Notes under the pieces: model-generated
Told to the model about the DNA's origin: nothing
Database searches by the model: none
Seen by the model: the letters and a program-made list of their open reading frames with translations, nothing else
Program-made: the position numbers and the translations under genes
NCBI GenBank assembly: GCA_964247055.1
Contig: OZ176053.1
Location: 1,922,001-1,986,000 of the forward strand
Length of the DNA stretch: 64,000 nucleotides
Direction: 5' to 3'
Origin: Paragordius varius
Lineage: Eukaryota > Animalia > Nematomorpha
Part shown: piece after piece, positions 62,160 to 64,000 of the stretch
Position numbering within the stretch: position 1 is the first letter of the stretch
Layout of the letters: every line of letters starts with the position of its first letter

Positions 62160-64000
62160 TTAGTCAAGCACAGTATTTACTAACTTTACAAAAGGGCGCC
62201 AACAAAGTTTGTTGGAATTTGCTTCTTCAAGATTTTCGCAAATATGATTATTGCATTTTCGGTACTGCGTTTGTGATCTTTGGGATAATATATCGCAAAT
62301 TTTAAGATTATATTTACTTTAAATAAAAAGTATACCCAACAATTTAAATAATTAAGGCATAATTTTGTAGTTAAACATGACTGACAAAGTTGATCATATT
62401 TAATTCATGTAATATATTCTTAATTATAATACTTTTACAGCAAGATTTTAATGATTAAACATACCCGAACCAAAAATAATTTTAAGAAATTATTTAAGAA
62501 AATAAACAATAAGCCCAAAGTTACAATCAAAGGATTTTTTAGTTTTGCCTTAATAAACAATATAATGTCTATAACAGCTTCCAGTTAGGGTACCATTAAA
62601 CTCTAGATTTTTTTGATAAAATTCAAGTTTTTAAACTCTTACAATTAACTCCCCAATTAAACTGTTTTAAACTATCCTAATTTTCTGAAAATAGTTTTGT
62701 GACTCGTTATATACCAGTATACATATTAATACTACAGTACCTTTTGGGGTAGTTTTATATCCAGAACTATTTGAAACTAGAATATCTTAAAATATATAGG
62801 TACTAAGCCGAATTTAAAAATATGCTTTCTCTGCATTTGGTGCTATACAAAAATATTTAAAAAAATGTAAAATTGTAAAAAAGATCCTCACCTCATGCCG
62901 CCAGTTTTTTCTATAAATTTTTAAAAAGAAACAGGCAGGTATAAATGTATAATATGGTTAAAAATGTATATAATTAACTTTACAAAGCTTTTAGGCACTA
63001 TTTTACCAGAAAAAATTTTCTATATATTGATTTTAATATCAGCTGTTCGTTTCAATCGCGTTTGGGAGTTGTCCCAATTTTATAATATAGAAGTCATAAA
63101 ACTGTAAAAAATATAAGCTTTATCTAATGCATGAAAACTTTGATAATTAAACTTTAACTGAAAAAACTGTCAAAACTGTAGTTTATTCACAAAATTGAGC
63201 TGTGAGATACAATACTACCCCAATATGTAAACTAAAAAAAAGTTAAAGGGTAATGTTAAGTGCTTACATTGATTGATCACATGTTAAACAATATTTTCTC
63301 CGGATTTGCAAACCACAACCTCCACAAGGATAAGAACAAGGTGACCAATTTGTCCAACTATTCCAAATGCTTCTCTCATACTCTATTTTGTCGGCTAAAA
63401 AATTTTTTTATAAGATCTCTATGAACATAAAAAATAATTTTAAAAAAGAAGAGCATTCACGTTGTAATAATTAAATTTAATTGACAAAAATTTAAATATA
63501 TACTGCTCCTTGTGACAATTTCATGATCCGGTTGTACTGTCATATAAGAAACGGCCTTAACCTCATCCTTAGATTCGCCAATGTGATTGACTTCAATAAA
63601 ATCCTTTTCATTTTTGTCAAAACTTTGTTCAATGTTATACAAACTACTATGTTCTGTCGACGATTCGTCTAAATCATCCTCCCTTTCAAACGTATTACTT
63701 GTTGAATTATTGAATAAATTTACATGTAAATTATAATTATGGTTTGCTGTAAAATTGTTGGATAGACTGTGAGGTAATAACTCCCTTCCATCAATATCCA
63801 ATTGTATCCTTTGGTTAGGTTTTCTTCGTCTTCTCCTACGTATAATGTTTAATGAACGAGTTTCAGATTCACTACTAGGAACTATTATTGGTTGATCTGT
63901 TTGGGGTTGTTCATTCGTCGACGTTACCGTAATTAAGTTTTCCGTATTATCAGTTTGGGGTGGAATTGATTCCGTAGTGGGTAATAGAGTTGTCAATGTT
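62160..64000 (-). CDS. 3' part of a thrombospondin type-1 (TSP1) domain protein with a Thr/Ser-rich linker; exons >64000-63504, 63394-63268, 62316-62160
   Basis: The spliced product contains WNSWTNWSPCSYPCGGCGLQIRRKYC...RSQTQYRKCNNHIC, a complete TSP1 signature; junctions are GT-AG and in phase; the gene starts beyond the window. Confidence 0.8.

Overview
Very AT-rich, intron-containing animal genomic DNA (achaete-scute bHLH, RTK-type kinase and TSP1 domain point to an invertebrate metazoan; the lineage cannot be determined from the window). Gene models were built by hand by splicing exons in frame and comparing the translations with protein sequences recalled from memory; no database search was run. 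Genes: ARMC5 (-), an intronless achaete-scute gene (-), PWP2 (+, 20 exons), INTS13/asunder (+) with GEMIN7 nested antisense in an intron, a BTB-BACK/Pro-Lys/Kelch gene (+), a Tie/FGFR-like tyrosine kinase domain with no visible ectodomain (+), an intronless F-box/WD40 gene (+) and the 3' part of a TSP1-domain gene (-). Introns and intergenic DNA are packed with non-autonomous DNA transposons: TA-flanked MITEs, hAT, piggyBac-like and Helitron. Two main surprises. (1) A class of 22-29 nt GT-AG introns, required to restore conserved reading frames, confined to gene 5' ends and sharing a TNA motif ending at -9/-10, in genes whose other introns run from about 65 nt to 1.8 kb. (2) The last Kelch exon can splice in frame into the kinase domain, which would give an unusual BTB-BACK-Kelch-tyrosine kinase fusion.
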